Shown one piece after another: positions 27,900-37,672 of a DNA stretch of 64,000 nt. Position 1 is the stretch's first letter, and each line of letters opens with the position of its first letter. The translations under genes were made by a program, and so were the position numbers. This stretch comes from Myxococcota bacterium (lineage in GTDB: Bacteria > Myxococcota_A > UBA9160 > UBA6930): assembly GCA_965223415.1 (NCBI GenBank), contig OZ245002.1:2816001-2880000 (forward strand). The letters are read 5' to 3'. The notes under the pieces were generated by a model. The model was not told the DNA's origin. It did no database searches and worked only from the letters and a program-made list of their open reading frames with translations.

Positions 27900-28966
27900 A
27901 AGAACACCTTCGCCAGCCGCAGGATCCCCTGGTCCCACGGCACCCGGTGCGACACGCCGGACGCCCCTTCGAAGCTCTCCAGGTTCGCCAGGTACCAGTC
28001 GTAGTTCCGCACCATGGCGTCGATATTCGAGTACTTCGGGGCGTAGCCGAGCTTCTCTTCCGCCTTCTCGATGCTGACGAAGGAGTCCTTCGAAGCGGTC
28101 TCGTAGACCCACTTGTAGAGGGGCGAGAGCTTGAGCGCTTCGAGGATGCGCAGGGCCCAGATGACCGGGGCGGCCGGGAAGCCGCGGACCCTCTTGCCGA
28201 AGCCCGCGCGGTCGAGGACGGCCTGGTAGTCGTCCCGCATCGTCGTGAACTCCTTCGAGCCGATGTTGAAGGTGTCGTCGGCGAGCTCGGCGGGCTTCGT
28301 CAGGCACAGGTGGATGGCCTGGCAGAGGTCCTCGACGTCGAGGAGCTGGTATCGGTTCCTGCCGTTGCCGATCATCGGGAAGCCGTGGCCGTCCTTCGCC
28401 CAGTCGAAGAGCAGGGCGAAGACACCGAGGCGCTCCGGACCGACGAAGGACTTCGGGCGGATGATGGGCACGCACATGCCCTTCTCGCGGAAGCCGGCGC
28501 AGACCTCCTCGGCTTGCACCTTGGCGATGCCGTAGGGGCCGACGCCGTGGAGGTGATCGTCCTCGCGCAGGGGATGGTGGTCGGGGATGCCGTAGACCGC
28601 GGTCGAGGAGATGTGGACGGCCCGCTCTACACCGTGGGCGTGGGCGGACTCGAAGACCGTCCGCGAGCCGTCGATGTCCGTGGAGAAGATGTCCTCCTCC
28701 GTGTAGAGGGGCAGCGCCGCCGCGGTGTGGACCACCAGGTCGGCGCCCTCCATGGCCCGGTCGACGTCGGCGCGGCTCCGGATGTCGCCGGTCACCTCGC
28801 GGATGCGGTCCCGGCAGTCCACGTAGTCGAAGGGCGCGACGTCGAGGGAGGTCACCTCATAGCCACGCTCGAGCAGGTAACGGGTGAGGTTGATGCCGAG
28901 GAAGCCGGCACCGCCGGTGATCATCACCCGGGCGCCCGCGGTCGGGCCTGCGTTGGCGTCAGTCAT
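27896..28966 (-). CDS. NAD-dependent epimerase/dehydratase (extended SDR)
   Basis: TGGAGFLG, ISSTAVYG, YGIAK. Confidence 0.9.
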   Translation of the reverse strand: MTDANAGPTAGARVMITGGAGFLGINLTRYLLERGYEVTSLDVAPFDYVDCRDRIREVTGDIRSRADVDRAMEGADLVVHTAAALPLYTEEDIFSTDIDGSRTVFESAHAHGVERAVHISSTAVYGIPDHHPLREDDHLHGVGPYGIAKVQAEEVCAGFREKGMCVPIIRPKSFVGPERLGVFALLFDWAKDGHGFPMIGNGRNRYQLLDVEDLCQAIHLCLTKPAELADDTFNIGSKEFTTMRDDYQAVLDRAGFGKRVRGFPAAPVIWALRILEALKLSPLYKWVYETASKDSFVSIEKAEEKLGYAPKYSNIDAMVRNYDWYLANLESFEGASGVSHRVPWDQGILRLAKVFF

Positions 28967-29174
28967 GGTCCTTGGGGGTTCCTCTGGGCGGCCCTGTGGC
29001 GGGGCGGGCCAACATACGGGGGCCCTTCGACGTGTCAACGGACGCGCTTGAGCCGGCGCTGCGATCCGCGCCGGCGGCGCCCGCGCCCGGCTCCTCCCTG
29101 CTCCCCCGGCTACATTCGCGCCCCCGCCCCGCCGATGGGTACGGGGCCGGCGTCCGGGAGGGCGGCACCACACG

Positions 29175-30644
29175 ATGCGCGGCTATCCCACGGTCTACCT
29201 GATGCTCTCCCTGTGGGTCCCCATCAGCGTGGCCTTCTTCGCCTTCATGCGGCCGCAGCGGGCGCTCCTGTGTGCGCTCCTCGGCGGCATCCTGGTGTTG
29301 CCGGAGAACCGCGGCTTCGACGTTTCGGGACTGCCCGCGATCGGCAAGCTCGAGATCGCGAGCATCGGGGCGCTGTTCGGAGCCTTCGTGTTCCGGGCCC
29401 GGGAGCTGACCCGGAACCGCATCGGCTTCGGGCTCGAAGCGCTGTTCCTCCTGGCGATCCCCTTCGCCCTCGGCACGGTCCTGACCAACCAGGACCCGAC
29501 GGGCGGGGCCTTCCGTTGGTTCCCGGGCCTGCGGCCCTACGACGCGGCCAGCCCGATCTTCCGCGACCTCCTGATGCTGGGGATCCCGTTCGTGCTGGGC
29601 CGGGCGTTCTTCCGCACGCCCGCGGCGATCCGGGAGCTCTTCGTCGGGCTCCTGGTCGCGGCCCTGATCTACTCCCTCGGAGCGCTCTGGGAAGCGCGCA
29701 TGAGCCCTCATCTCAACTTCTACACGTACGGCTTCATGCAGCACTCCTTCGCCCAAACCTACCGCGAGGGAGGTTGGCGCCCGATGGTGTTCATGGCCCA
29801 TGGGCTGGCCCTCTCCCTCTTCCTCTGCGTGGGGTTCCTGACGTCGATCGGCGCCTACCGGGGCCGGCTCCGGGCGCTGGGCCTGCCCTCGGTCGCCGCC
29901 GTGCCGTACCTGGCGGTCGTGCTGCTCCTGTGCCGCAGCTTCGCCGCGATCGTGTACGGCCTCGGCGTGGCGCCGATCCTGCTGTGGGGGCGCGCGCGGC
30001 TGGTCGGCCTGGTGGCCGTCGGCCTGACGGCACTCGTGATCACATACCCGCTCCTGCGCGCCGCCGATCTCTTCCCGACCGGAGCCCTCGTCGAGCTCGC
30101 CGCCTCGGTGAGCGAGGATCGGGCGAAATCCCTGGAAGTGCGCTTCGAGAACGAGGACGGCCTGATCGACCGGGCGAGTGAGCGGATCTGGTTCGGCTGG
30201 GGAGGGTTCGGGCGCAGCACCTACAGCGGCGAGATGAAGCCCCTGGTCACCGACGGCTACTGGATCCTGCGCATGAGCGAGCGGGGAATCCTCGGCCTGG
30301 GGCTGTTCTACACCTTCATGCTGGTTCCGATCTTCCGGAGCTGGCGGGCGATCCCACGCTGCCGAAACCGCCAGGACGCCCACCTGTTGGCAGCCCTGGC
30401 GCTGATCGTGGCGGTCCAGGCGGTCGATACGCTCCCGAACGGCTTGTTCCACCACCTGCCGCTGCTGCTCGCCGGCGCGGTGCACGGCCTCGCGACGACC
30501 CTGCCGAGGCGGGCAAAGCAGCCGGAGCGGGCGGTCGCGCCGGCGCCCCCGGAGCACACGCCGCTGGCCCGCCCGGCCTCCACCACGACCGCCGGGCTGG
30601 CGAAGGGCCGACGGCTCGCTGGGCCCGGCGAAGGGCACCGATGA
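29175..30644 (+). CDS. O-antigen ligase / Wzy-like polysaccharide polymerase
   Basis: About 12 TM segments, R.GGWRP, SL..RF, ER.WFGWGG.GR, TDG.WI. Confidence 0.75.
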   Translation: MRGYPTVYLMLSLWVPISVAFFAFMRPQRALLCALLGGILVLPENRGFDVSGLPAIGKLEIASIGALFGAFVFRARELTRNRIGFGLEALFLLAIPFALGTVLTNQDPTGGAFRWFPGLRPYDAASPIFRDLLMLGIPFVLGRAFFRTPAAIRELFVGLLVAALIYSLGALWEARMSPHLNFYTYGFMQHSFAQTYREGGWRPMVFMAHGLALSLFLCVGFLTSIGAYRGRLRALGLPSVAAVPYLAVVLLLCRSFAAIVYGLGVAPILLWGRARLVGLVAVGLTALVITYPLLRAADLFPTGALVELAASVSEDRAKSLEVRFENEDGLIDRASERIWFGWGGFGRSTYSGEMKPLVTDGYWILRMSERGILGLGLFYTFMLVPIFRSWRAIPRCRNRQDAHLLAALALIVAVQAVDTLPNGLFHHLPLLLAGAVHGLATTLPRRAKQPERAVAPAPPEHTPLARPASTTTAGLAKGRRLAGPGEGHR

Positions 30645-31594
30645 AGCTCCTCTGCGTCACGGTCAATTTCCGCACTCCGGAGCTGACCCTCCGGCTGCTG
30701 GAGAGCCTGACCGAAGCCCTGGATGGGCTCGATGCCGCGATCACCGTGGTCGAGAACCACTCCGGAGACCACTCGGAAGCGACCCTGCGCCGCGGGATCG
30801 GAGCCCTGCGAGGCGGGGCACCGGTGCGGCTGCTCTGCAGCGACCGCAACCTCGGCTTCGGAGGCGGGAACAACCTCGCCATCCGCGCCGCCCTCGCCGA
30901 GCCCGAGCTGCCGGACGTCATCCACCTGATCAACCCGGACGCGGTGCCCGAGCCGGACGCCCTGCACAACATGCTGGCGTTCCTCGAGAGCCACCCCCGC
31001 GTCGGAGTCGCGGGCAGCGCCGTCATCGACGGGACGGGCGCGCTCCACAGCTCGGCCTTTCGCTTCCCCAGCCCGCTGGGAGAGCTGGAGGGCCGCTTCC
31101 GACTCGGCCCCGTCTCGCGCCTTCTCGAGCCCTGGCGCGTCCCCCTGACGCCGGGAGGTGTCGCTCGTCCGGTCGACTGGGTGTCCGGCTCGAGCTGCGC
31201 GCTCACGAGGGAGATGCTGGAGCGCATCGGCCTCTTCGACGAGGGGTTCTTCCTCTACTTCGAGGAGACCGATCTCTGCCGCCGGGCCAGGGCGGCGGGC
31301 TACGAAGTCTGGACGGTGCCGGAGAGCCTGGTGCATCACACCGGGGCGGTGGCCACCGGCCTCAACGAGCACACGAGCCGGCGGCCTCCCTACTGGTTCG
31401 CTTCCCGCCGCAGGTACTTCCGCAAGCACCACGGGCGATGGGTCGCGGCGCTCGCCGATGCCGCCTGGCTGCTCGGGAGCCTTGGCTTCGGCGCCAAGCG
31501 CCTGCTCACCCGCGAGCCCCAGAACGAGCCGCCCAAGCTCGTGTCCGACTTCCTCCGTCACAGCCTCGGTCTCTTGGACGGAGAGAGCCATTGA
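30641..31594 (+). CDS. Glycosyltransferase family 2
   Basis: VENHSGD, NLGFGGGNN, INPD, FDEGFFLYFEETD. Confidence 0.92.
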   Translation: MKLLCVTVNFRTPELTLRLLESLTEALDGLDAAITVVENHSGDHSEATLRRGIGALRGGAPVRLLCSDRNLGFGGGNNLAIRAALAEPELPDVIHLINPDAVPEPDALHNMLAFLESHPRVGVAGSAVIDGTGALHSSAFRFPSPLGELEGRFRLGPVSRLLEPWRVPLTPGGVARPVDWVSGSSCALTREMLERIGLFDEGFFLYFEETDLCRRARAAGYEVWTVPESLVHHTGAVATGLNEHTSRRPPYWFASRRRYFRKHHGRWVAALADAAWLLGSLGFGAKRLLTREPQNEPPKLVSDFLRHSLGLLDGESH

Positions 31595-31637
31595 TCGTTC
31601 ACCCCACAGGGCGGGAATCCACGGAGGAGGACCGCCG

Positions 31638-32786
31638 TTGACGGGATCCGAATCGGGTGAACCTCGCCAGGCGAAGCCCTCGCTCGCCACCGGGCTCCTG
31701 GCGCTCGTGATCGGGCTGCTGCTCGCCGCGTTGCTGACGGAGCTCGTGGTCCTGATCGTCTTCGGGGAGCAGCCGAAGTTCCCGAGGCACGTCGTCGGCG
31801 CACCCTGGGGCCTGCGGTACAACGAGCCCGACAGCCACTATCGCCACAAGTCCGGGGACGGGACCTTCTGGTTCCGCATCAACGGGCAGGGAATGCGGTC
31901 CGAGCGCGACTTCGCGTACGAGAAGCCCGAGGGTACCGCCCGCATCGTGTCCCTCGGGGATTCCTTCACCGTGGGATACGAAGTGGCTGCGGAGGAGTGC
32001 TTCTCGTCCGTCCTCGAGCGGGAGCTCTTGCGGCGGGGGTACGGCGTCGAAGTGCTCAACGCGGGCGTCTCCGGGTTCTCGAACGCCGAAGAGCTGCTCT
32101 ACCTGGAACGTGAGCTGATCAAGTACGACCCGGACCTGGTCGTGCTGAGCTTCTTCACGAACGATCTGGTCGACAACGTGCGATCGGGCCTCCTCGTCCT
32201 CGAGGACGGAAGGCTCGAGCCGCGCAGCCAGAGCTACGTGCCCGCAGGGCGGCTCGGGGATCTCTTGAACAGCAGCCCCCTCTTCAACTTCCTCTCCGGG
32301 TACTCGAACGCCTTCGCGCTGATCAAGGAACGGGCCACCACGATCGTGAAGCGCAGGATGATCGCCCAGAACGAAGCCAACGAGTCACGGGCCGCAGGGC
32401 GGAGAGAGGAGACGCCGCAAGAGCTCGACGCGCGCCCCGGGCCCGACCGCGGGGACGCCCAGGGCCGACTCGCCGCGGCCATCCTGGAACGCCTGTACGA
32501 CTTCGCCCGGGAGCGAAGCATCCCGGTCGTGATCCAGAGCATCCCGTCCGGCGGGTATGCGGTGCCCGTCGGTGACCGTCCCCTCCTCGACCTCTTTCCC
32601 TACGAGCACTTCGACGGGAACCGTCCGGGGCTGGCCGTGCTCCCGATGATCGACCTGCTCAAGCCGCACGTCGGAGAGACGCCCCTCACGAACCTCCGCT
32701 CGCACTTCCACTGGACGGCGTTCGCCCATGGGCTCTCGGGGCGAGCCCTGGCGAAACGGATCGTGGAGAACGGCTTCCTGGACTGA
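31638..32786 (+). CDS. SGNH/GDSL hydrolase family protein (polysaccharide O-acetylation-associated type)
   Basis: N-terminal TM, GDSFT, NAGVSG, ND, HW; TTG start after GGAGGAGG. Confidence 0.8.
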   Translation: MTGSESGEPRQAKPSLATGLLALVIGLLLAALLTELVVLIVFGEQPKFPRHVVGAPWGLRYNEPDSHYRHKSGDGTFWFRINGQGMRSERDFAYEKPEGTARIVSLGDSFTVGYEVAAEECFSSVLERELLRRGYGVEVLNAGVSGFSNAEELLYLERELIKYDPDLVVLSFFTNDLVDNVRSGLLVLEDGRLEPRSQSYVPAGRLGDLLNSSPLFNFLSGYSNAFALIKERATTIVKRRMIAQNEANESRAAGRREETPQELDARPGPDRGDAQGRLAAAILERLYDFARERSIPVVIQSIPSGGYAVPVGDRPLLDLFPYEHFDGNRPGLAVLPMIDLLKPHVGETPLTNLRSHFHWTAFAHGLSGRALAKRIVENGFLD

Positions 32787-32837
32787 CCGGGCGCCGCCCC
32801 GCGGCCACCTCACTCGGCGACGAATGTCGGATGAGGG

Positions 32838-34766
32838 CTAGGGGAGCAGGAACGGAGCCGCCGGAGCGCCGCCCGAGCCCGATCCGCCTCCCGAGCCCGA
32901 TCCGCCGCCCGAGGACGCCTCGACCGCGCCGAGGTCCGGAGCCGCGTCCTGCTGGCGAGAGGTCAGGAAGAAATCGGTCGAGTTCCCCGGCACGCGGACG
33001 CCGGCGTCGACCAGCGGCCCGCCGGGGGCGGGCATCACGTCGCCGGGCCCCTGCGGGTTCTGCGAGACGAACGGGCTCGTGGTGGTCACGAAGTCGTTCG
33101 GGCCTGCGCCGGCGGCGTTGGTGGCGGTGCCCGCCGTGGCGTAGAGCACGTTGTAGTCGGTGGTCGTGGCGATGCCGCCGACGCAGCGGATCCGCTTGTC
33201 GAAGGAGTCGTGCCCGCCCAGGCACGTGTTGTAGTACATCTCGAGGTTGGCCAGGTTGCTGTTGGCGTGGGTCGTGGCGCCGTTGCGGAGCTGCTGCCAG
33301 TCCTGCATGGCGAACACGTTGCTGCGAACGCTGACACCCCTCAGGTAGGAGCCGGCCGTTCCGTCGCCGGCGTTGAGGTAGATGCCGCTCCGGATACCGA
33401 TGCCGATCTGGTTGCCGCTGCGGAAGTGGTTCCGCTCGATGATGATGTCCTCGCCGCCGACCACCCGACCGACGCTCCCGCCTCCGACCAAGGACACACC
33501 GCCGTTCAGCTGGGAGATGCGGAACTCGTTGTCCGAGATCACGTGCTCCTTCATGGGGGTCATGCAGCCCGCGTGCTGCCCCTGGCAGGTGAGGAGCTCC
33601 GCGGCCCGCAGGTTGAGCGTCGCCTTCCCGGGCGCCGGCTCGCCCATGATGTTGCTCTGGAAGACGCCCTTGTTGCAGTGCTGACAACGCAGGATGTGCT
33701 CGGACATCCCTCCCCGCCCGTTCACCGGCGGGCTCTGGGTGTCCATCCACGTGTTGCCCATGACGCCGAGCTTGTCGGCGGCGAGGAACGCGATGTTGCT
33801 GCCGCCCGGCTTGGTGTACAGCCCCAGGTCCTGCCAGTCGTTCTCGACGAAGAAGATCTCCTGGTGGAGCGGGGTCGTCGGAGCGAGGCTGTTGTTCGCG
33901 AACAGGGCGCCACCGGAGATCGTCCCGGGGACGGCACTCGTGCGCAGGACGAGCAGACGGTGGAAGGGCGTGTTGCCGCGGGCGGCCACGATGATCGAGG
34001 AGGTATTCCCCGTCGTTCCCGGGCCCTCCATCTGGACGTCCGCGATCCGCCAGTCGTTGCCGGAGGCATGGGCGACGAAGATGTTCGTGTTGAGTCCGCT
34101 GCGGAACTTCGGCGGCGCTCCGTTGCCGTAGGCGCCGACCATCGAGGGGCCGCGCGTCGACATCACGAGCGAGGCGTTCGCGTCGAAGGTCTCGCCGCGG
34201 TGGAACAGGCAGCGCACCTGGGGGCCGGCGACGCACTGGGTCCACGCCTGGTTGGCCTCGCCGGGCCCGGCCTGGAGGTGGATCTGACGCACGCCCGGAT
34301 GGACGGACGGATCGCACTCGGAGCCGGCCTCGAAGGTTCCGGTCAACGAGAAGCACACGGTCTGGGATGCGGCCCAGCTGATCTTCGGGTCCACGACGTC
34401 GATCACGATCGTCCGCGTGCTGGTCCCGGTGAGGTCGGAAGCGCGCAGGGTGACCGTGTGGCGGCCGGGGGTCTCGAACACGTGGGCCGCGATCGGGCCG
34501 GTGGCGACGTTGCGCGACTTGCCGTTCGTGGACCAGTTGCCGCTCGTGGGATCGCCGAAGTCCCACTCGTAGGAGACGTGGTGGAACGCGTCCTGGCAGC
34601 CCGAGCAGCTCGTGCCCGTGGCATCGAAGTGCACCGCCAGGGGCGCCGGACCGTTGGTACGGCTCGCCGACAGCTGGGCGTTCGGCGCCGCCGAGGCCGT
34701 GCCGGCCAGCGCGCCGATCGCGACCGTGAGCAGGGCTCGCGCCCATCGGTACGAAAGGTTCGACAT
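32838..34766 (-). CDS. Secreted PKD-domain protein with probable parallel beta-helix region
   Basis: Signal peptide, APLAVHFDA..YEWDFGD..HVFETPG PKD, Asn-rich repeats, PDLGAVE, Gly/Ser linker and PAAPFLLP end. Confidence 0.75.
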   Translation of the reverse strand: MSNLSYRWARALLTVAIGALAGTASAAPNAQLSASRTNGPAPLAVHFDATGTSCSGCQDAFHHVSYEWDFGDPTSGNWSTNGKSRNVATGPIAAHVFETPGRHTVTLRASDLTGTSTRTIVIDVVDPKISWAASQTVCFSLTGTFEAGSECDPSVHPGVRQIHLQAGPGEANQAWTQCVAGPQVRCLFHRGETFDANASLVMSTRGPSMVGAYGNGAPPKFRSGLNTNIFVAHASGNDWRIADVQMEGPGTTGNTSSIIVAARGNTPFHRLLVLRTSAVPGTISGGALFANNSLAPTTPLHQEIFFVENDWQDLGLYTKPGGSNIAFLAADKLGVMGNTWMDTQSPPVNGRGGMSEHILRCQHCNKGVFQSNIMGEPAPGKATLNLRAAELLTCQGQHAGCMTPMKEHVISDNEFRISQLNGGVSLVGGGSVGRVVGGEDIIIERNHFRSGNQIGIGIRSGIYLNAGDGTAGSYLRGVSVRSNVFAMQDWQQLRNGATTHANSNLANLEMYYNTCLGGHDSFDKRIRCVGGIATTTDYNVLYATAGTATNAAGAGPNDFVTTTSPFVSQNPQGPGDVMPAPGGPLVDAGVRVPGNSTDFFLTSRQQDAAPDLGAVEASSGGGSGSGGGSGSGGAPAAPFLLP

Positions 34767-34870
34767 CTCCCTGCCCTCCTCAGTGGAGGCCCAGCAGCCG
34801 GGCCCGATCGGGGCTGCCTACTGGACGAGCCCCTCAGCCCACGTCGATCGACGCGGTCGGGCATCCGGTG

Positions 34871-34886
34871 TGTGACAGGTCTCACC
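34871..34886. promoter_or_regulatory. CRP/FNR-family-like site in divergent promoter region
   Basis: TGTGA-caggtc-TCACC (9/10 match to TGTGA-N6-TCACA). Confidence 0.35.
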
Positions 34887-35029
34887 CGAGGGTGATTCGA
34901 CACCATCTGGTCGAGTGCCCCACGGGGATTCCCGCTCCGGGGCTGGGTGGACCGTAGCCGGCGGCAGAGCCCAATGCCTGGAGCCCGCCCCCGCTCGACG
35001 TTCCCGAGACCGGCTCTAGTCTCTCGCCG

Positions 35030-37672
35030 ATGGGCGCGCTCTCGCTCCGGTGGGCCATCGCTGCGGCCCTGCTCCTCCTCTGCCTCCTCGCCGAGAGGAC
35101 CCGGGCCGCCGTCCTCTGGCGCGAAGGGGAGAGCGCCGCGGGAGCCGCTGTCCGCCCGGCACCGCCCGGCGACCTGGTCGGGCGCCTCTCCGGAGGCAAT
35201 TGGCTGGCCTTCGGGGACGACCTCGAGGGGCGAAGCACCGCGCAGTGGAGCCTCGTGGTGGAGGAGTCGGGCCGATACCGGGTGTGGCTGCGCAAGGCGT
35301 GGCGCCGGGGGCGGTTCCGATGGCGCATCGCCGGGAGCCGCTGGCGGCTGGCCGGCCACATCCCGGCGGAGAACGTCGACTTCGGCAAGAAGCGGGGCTT
35401 CGCCCTGGCCTGGTACTACCTCGGAAGCGTCGAGCTCGACGCCGGGCTGCACGAGCTCGAGCTGGAGCGGCTCGACCCGCCGGGCCGCCGGCGCTTCGCG
35501 GCCGTCGACGCCTTCTACCTCACGACCGACGACCTGCGGGTCCCGGCCGGGGCTTCGCCCCCGGAGACGGTCCGCTCCGAGCGCCGCGAGGACTCGTGGT
35601 TCCCGGTGGCCTTCTACGAGGACCCCCTGGAGCCCACGGCGGCGACCGACGTCAGTCGCCTCGTCCCGGCCCCGGCCGGGCAGCGGGGCCGGGTGCGCGT
35701 GAAGGAGGACCAGCTCGTCGTGTCCTCGGAAGAGGAGCCGATCCGCTTCTGGGGCGCCACGGCCCGGGTGATCGACGTGGACCCGGAGGTCGCCACCCAT
35801 CGGGCGCGCTACCTGCGCAAGCACGGCATCAACGCGGTCCGCCACCACCCGCTCGAGCAGGTGCTCGGCCTCCTCGACGAGGAGGGCCGCTTCGACCCGG
35901 AGGCCCTCGCGCGCTTCGACTGGTGGTTCGCGGAGCTGAAACGCAACGGCATCTACTCCATCTGGTGCCCGTTCTTCCCCCACCACATCCGGCCCTCGGA
36001 GGGCTACCCGCGCTTCGCCGAGCTCCCGGGCAAGGCCTACTGGACCCAGGAGCGAGGTGTGCGCAGCGTCGGCGCCTTGTCGCTGCTCGAGCCGGAGCTC
36101 CAGGACTCGGAGTGGAGGTGGCTCCGCACCCTGCTCGAGCACCGCAATCCCCACACGGGCCTCCGCTACGTCGACGATCCCGCGTTGGCCATCGTCCAGA
36201 TCCGGAACGAGGCCAGCCTCTTCTGGCACGATCCGCTGAACGCGCTCGCCGCGGGGGAGATGCCCGAGCACGCTCGCCGGCTCCGCCGGCGCTGGGCCGC
36301 CTGGGTGCACGAGCGCTACACCGACGACGCCGCGCTGGCCGCCGCCTGGAAGCGCGACCGGCGCCAGGACGACCTCTGGGGAAGCGAGGAGCTGGCCGTG
36401 CCCGCGGCACACGAGCTGCGCGGCGTAGAGGGTGGCCAGCTTCGCCACGGCGACTTCCTCCGCTTCCTCGGAGAGATCCAGCGGGGCGCCTATCGGCGCC
36501 GCTCGGAGCGCCTGCGTGCGCTGGGCTACGACGGCATCATCACGACGAGCGCCTGGAAGGCCGCGAGCCGCACCGCCTCGGCGGCGAACCTCTGGACGGA
36601 CGCGGTCGGTGACATGGTGGTGCGACACGAGTACTCCGGCGGGAGCCTCGAGGGCAAGCGCAGCTCCCACCGCATCCTCGAGGGCCCGTACCGGCCGGTT
36701 CGCCCGCTGGCGCACCCCGGTGGCGGCCTGCTGCGCGCGGGGAGGGAGCAGCTCTCGGGCCGGCCGTTCGGGCTGATGGAGTGGACGACCCGTCCTCCGT
36801 CGCCGTGGAAGTTCGTCTCGGCGCCGCTGATCGCCTTCTACGGCGTGGGGCTCCAGGGCTGGGACGCCGCCCTCCACTTCGACAACACGGCCGATCGCAT
36901 GCGCAACGGCTGGCCCGAGTCCTCGTCGTACGTGACGGACACGCCCCACTACATGGGCCAGTACCCGGCGTTGGCACTCGCCGTCCATCGGGGCGACCTG
37001 GCGGCCGGGCCCGACCTGGAGCTCCCGGTCCTCGGTGCCCCCACGCTGTTCGGGGCGCGGGCGGGCCTCGCGCTCACGTGGAAGCTCCCGACCTGGCTGC
37101 TCGCGAAGGGCCGCGTGGCGTGGCGGCTCGCGCCCGAGCGGACGGGCCCGCCTGCGGCGCTGCCGGAGGAGCCTTCCGCGCCGGTCGCCGCTCCGGGGGC
37201 CCAGCTGCACTGGGACGCGGCCCGGCCCCTCGTGCGCATCGACACGCCGCGCACCCGCGGCGTGCTCGGCACGGGCGCCGCCCGACTGTCGGGGCTTCGG
37301 CTGGACGTCGCGACCCCGGGCGTCTCGCTCCTGGTCTCCTCCCTCGACGACCAGCCCCTCGAGAGCGCCACCCGCATCCTCGTCACCGCGTTGGCGCGCG
37401 ATCGCGCCCACGGCGCCCGCTACGACGAGGAGCGCGGGGAGCTCACGCGGAGTGGCGGCGGCGTGCTGTGGCTCGAGCCGGTGCGGGCCGCGATCACCCT
37501 CCCGGGCACGCGCCCCACGCGGGTCTTCGTGCTGGACCCCTACGGCCGGCGCACCGGGGCGGAGGTCGCGATCGAAGAGGACGGCGCCTTCCGGATCGAC
37601 GGGCGGTACGCGACCTACCTCTACGAGGTGGTCCGGAGCGCGCCGCAACGCACCGGAGCAGCCCTTCAGTAG
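35030..37672 (+). CDS. Secreted clan-A (GH5-like) glycoside hydrolase
   Basis: Signal peptide, IRFWG, GINAVRHH, NPHTG.RY.DDPA..IRNE (acid/base), PFGLMEW (nucleophile), LQGWD. Confidence 0.7.
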   Translation: MGALSLRWAIAAALLLLCLLAERTRAAVLWREGESAAGAAVRPAPPGDLVGRLSGGNWLAFGDDLEGRSTAQWSLVVEESGRYRVWLRKAWRRGRFRWRIAGSRWRLAGHIPAENVDFGKKRGFALAWYYLGSVELDAGLHELELERLDPPGRRRFAAVDAFYLTTDDLRVPAGASPPETVRSERREDSWFPVAFYEDPLEPTAATDVSRLVPAPAGQRGRVRVKEDQLVVSSEEEPIRFWGATARVIDVDPEVATHRARYLRKHGINAVRHHPLEQVLGLLDEEGRFDPEALARFDWWFAELKRNGIYSIWCPFFPHHIRPSEGYPRFAELPGKAYWTQERGVRSVGALSLLEPELQDSEWRWLRTLLEHRNPHTGLRYVDDPALAIVQIRNEASLFWHDPLNALAAGEMPEHARRLRRRWAAWVHERYTDDAALAAAWKRDRRQDDLWGSEELAVPAAHELRGVEGGQLRHGDFLRFLGEIQRGAYRRRSERLRALGYDGIITTSAWKAASRTASAANLWTDAVGDMVVRHEYSGGSLEGKRSSHRILEGPYRPVRPLAHPGGGLLRAGREQLSGRPFGLMEWTTRPPSPWKFVSAPLIAFYGVGLQGWDAALHFDNTADRMRNGWPESSSYVTDTPHYMGQYPALALAVHRGDLAAGPDLELPVLGAPTLFGARAGLALTWKLPTWLLAKGRVAWRLAPERTGPPAALPEEPSAPVAAPGAQLHWDAARPLVRIDTPRTRGVLGTGAARLSGLRLDVATPGVSLLVSSLDDQPLESATRILVTALARDRAHGARYDEERGELTRSGGGVLWLEPVRAAITLPGTRPTRVFVLDPYGRRTGAEVAIEEDGAFRIDGRYATYLYEVVRSAPQRTGAALQ

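Noticed and set aside
25034..30181. Very long alternative-frame ORFs (e.g. 1715 aa at 25034, 1942 aa at 43096, 1799 aa at 58095, 1333 aa at 34403, 1170 aa at 5548)
   Set aside because: These are antisense or shifted shadows of well-supported genes. They are Arg/Gly/Pro-rich, have no motifs, and are expected at this GC content.
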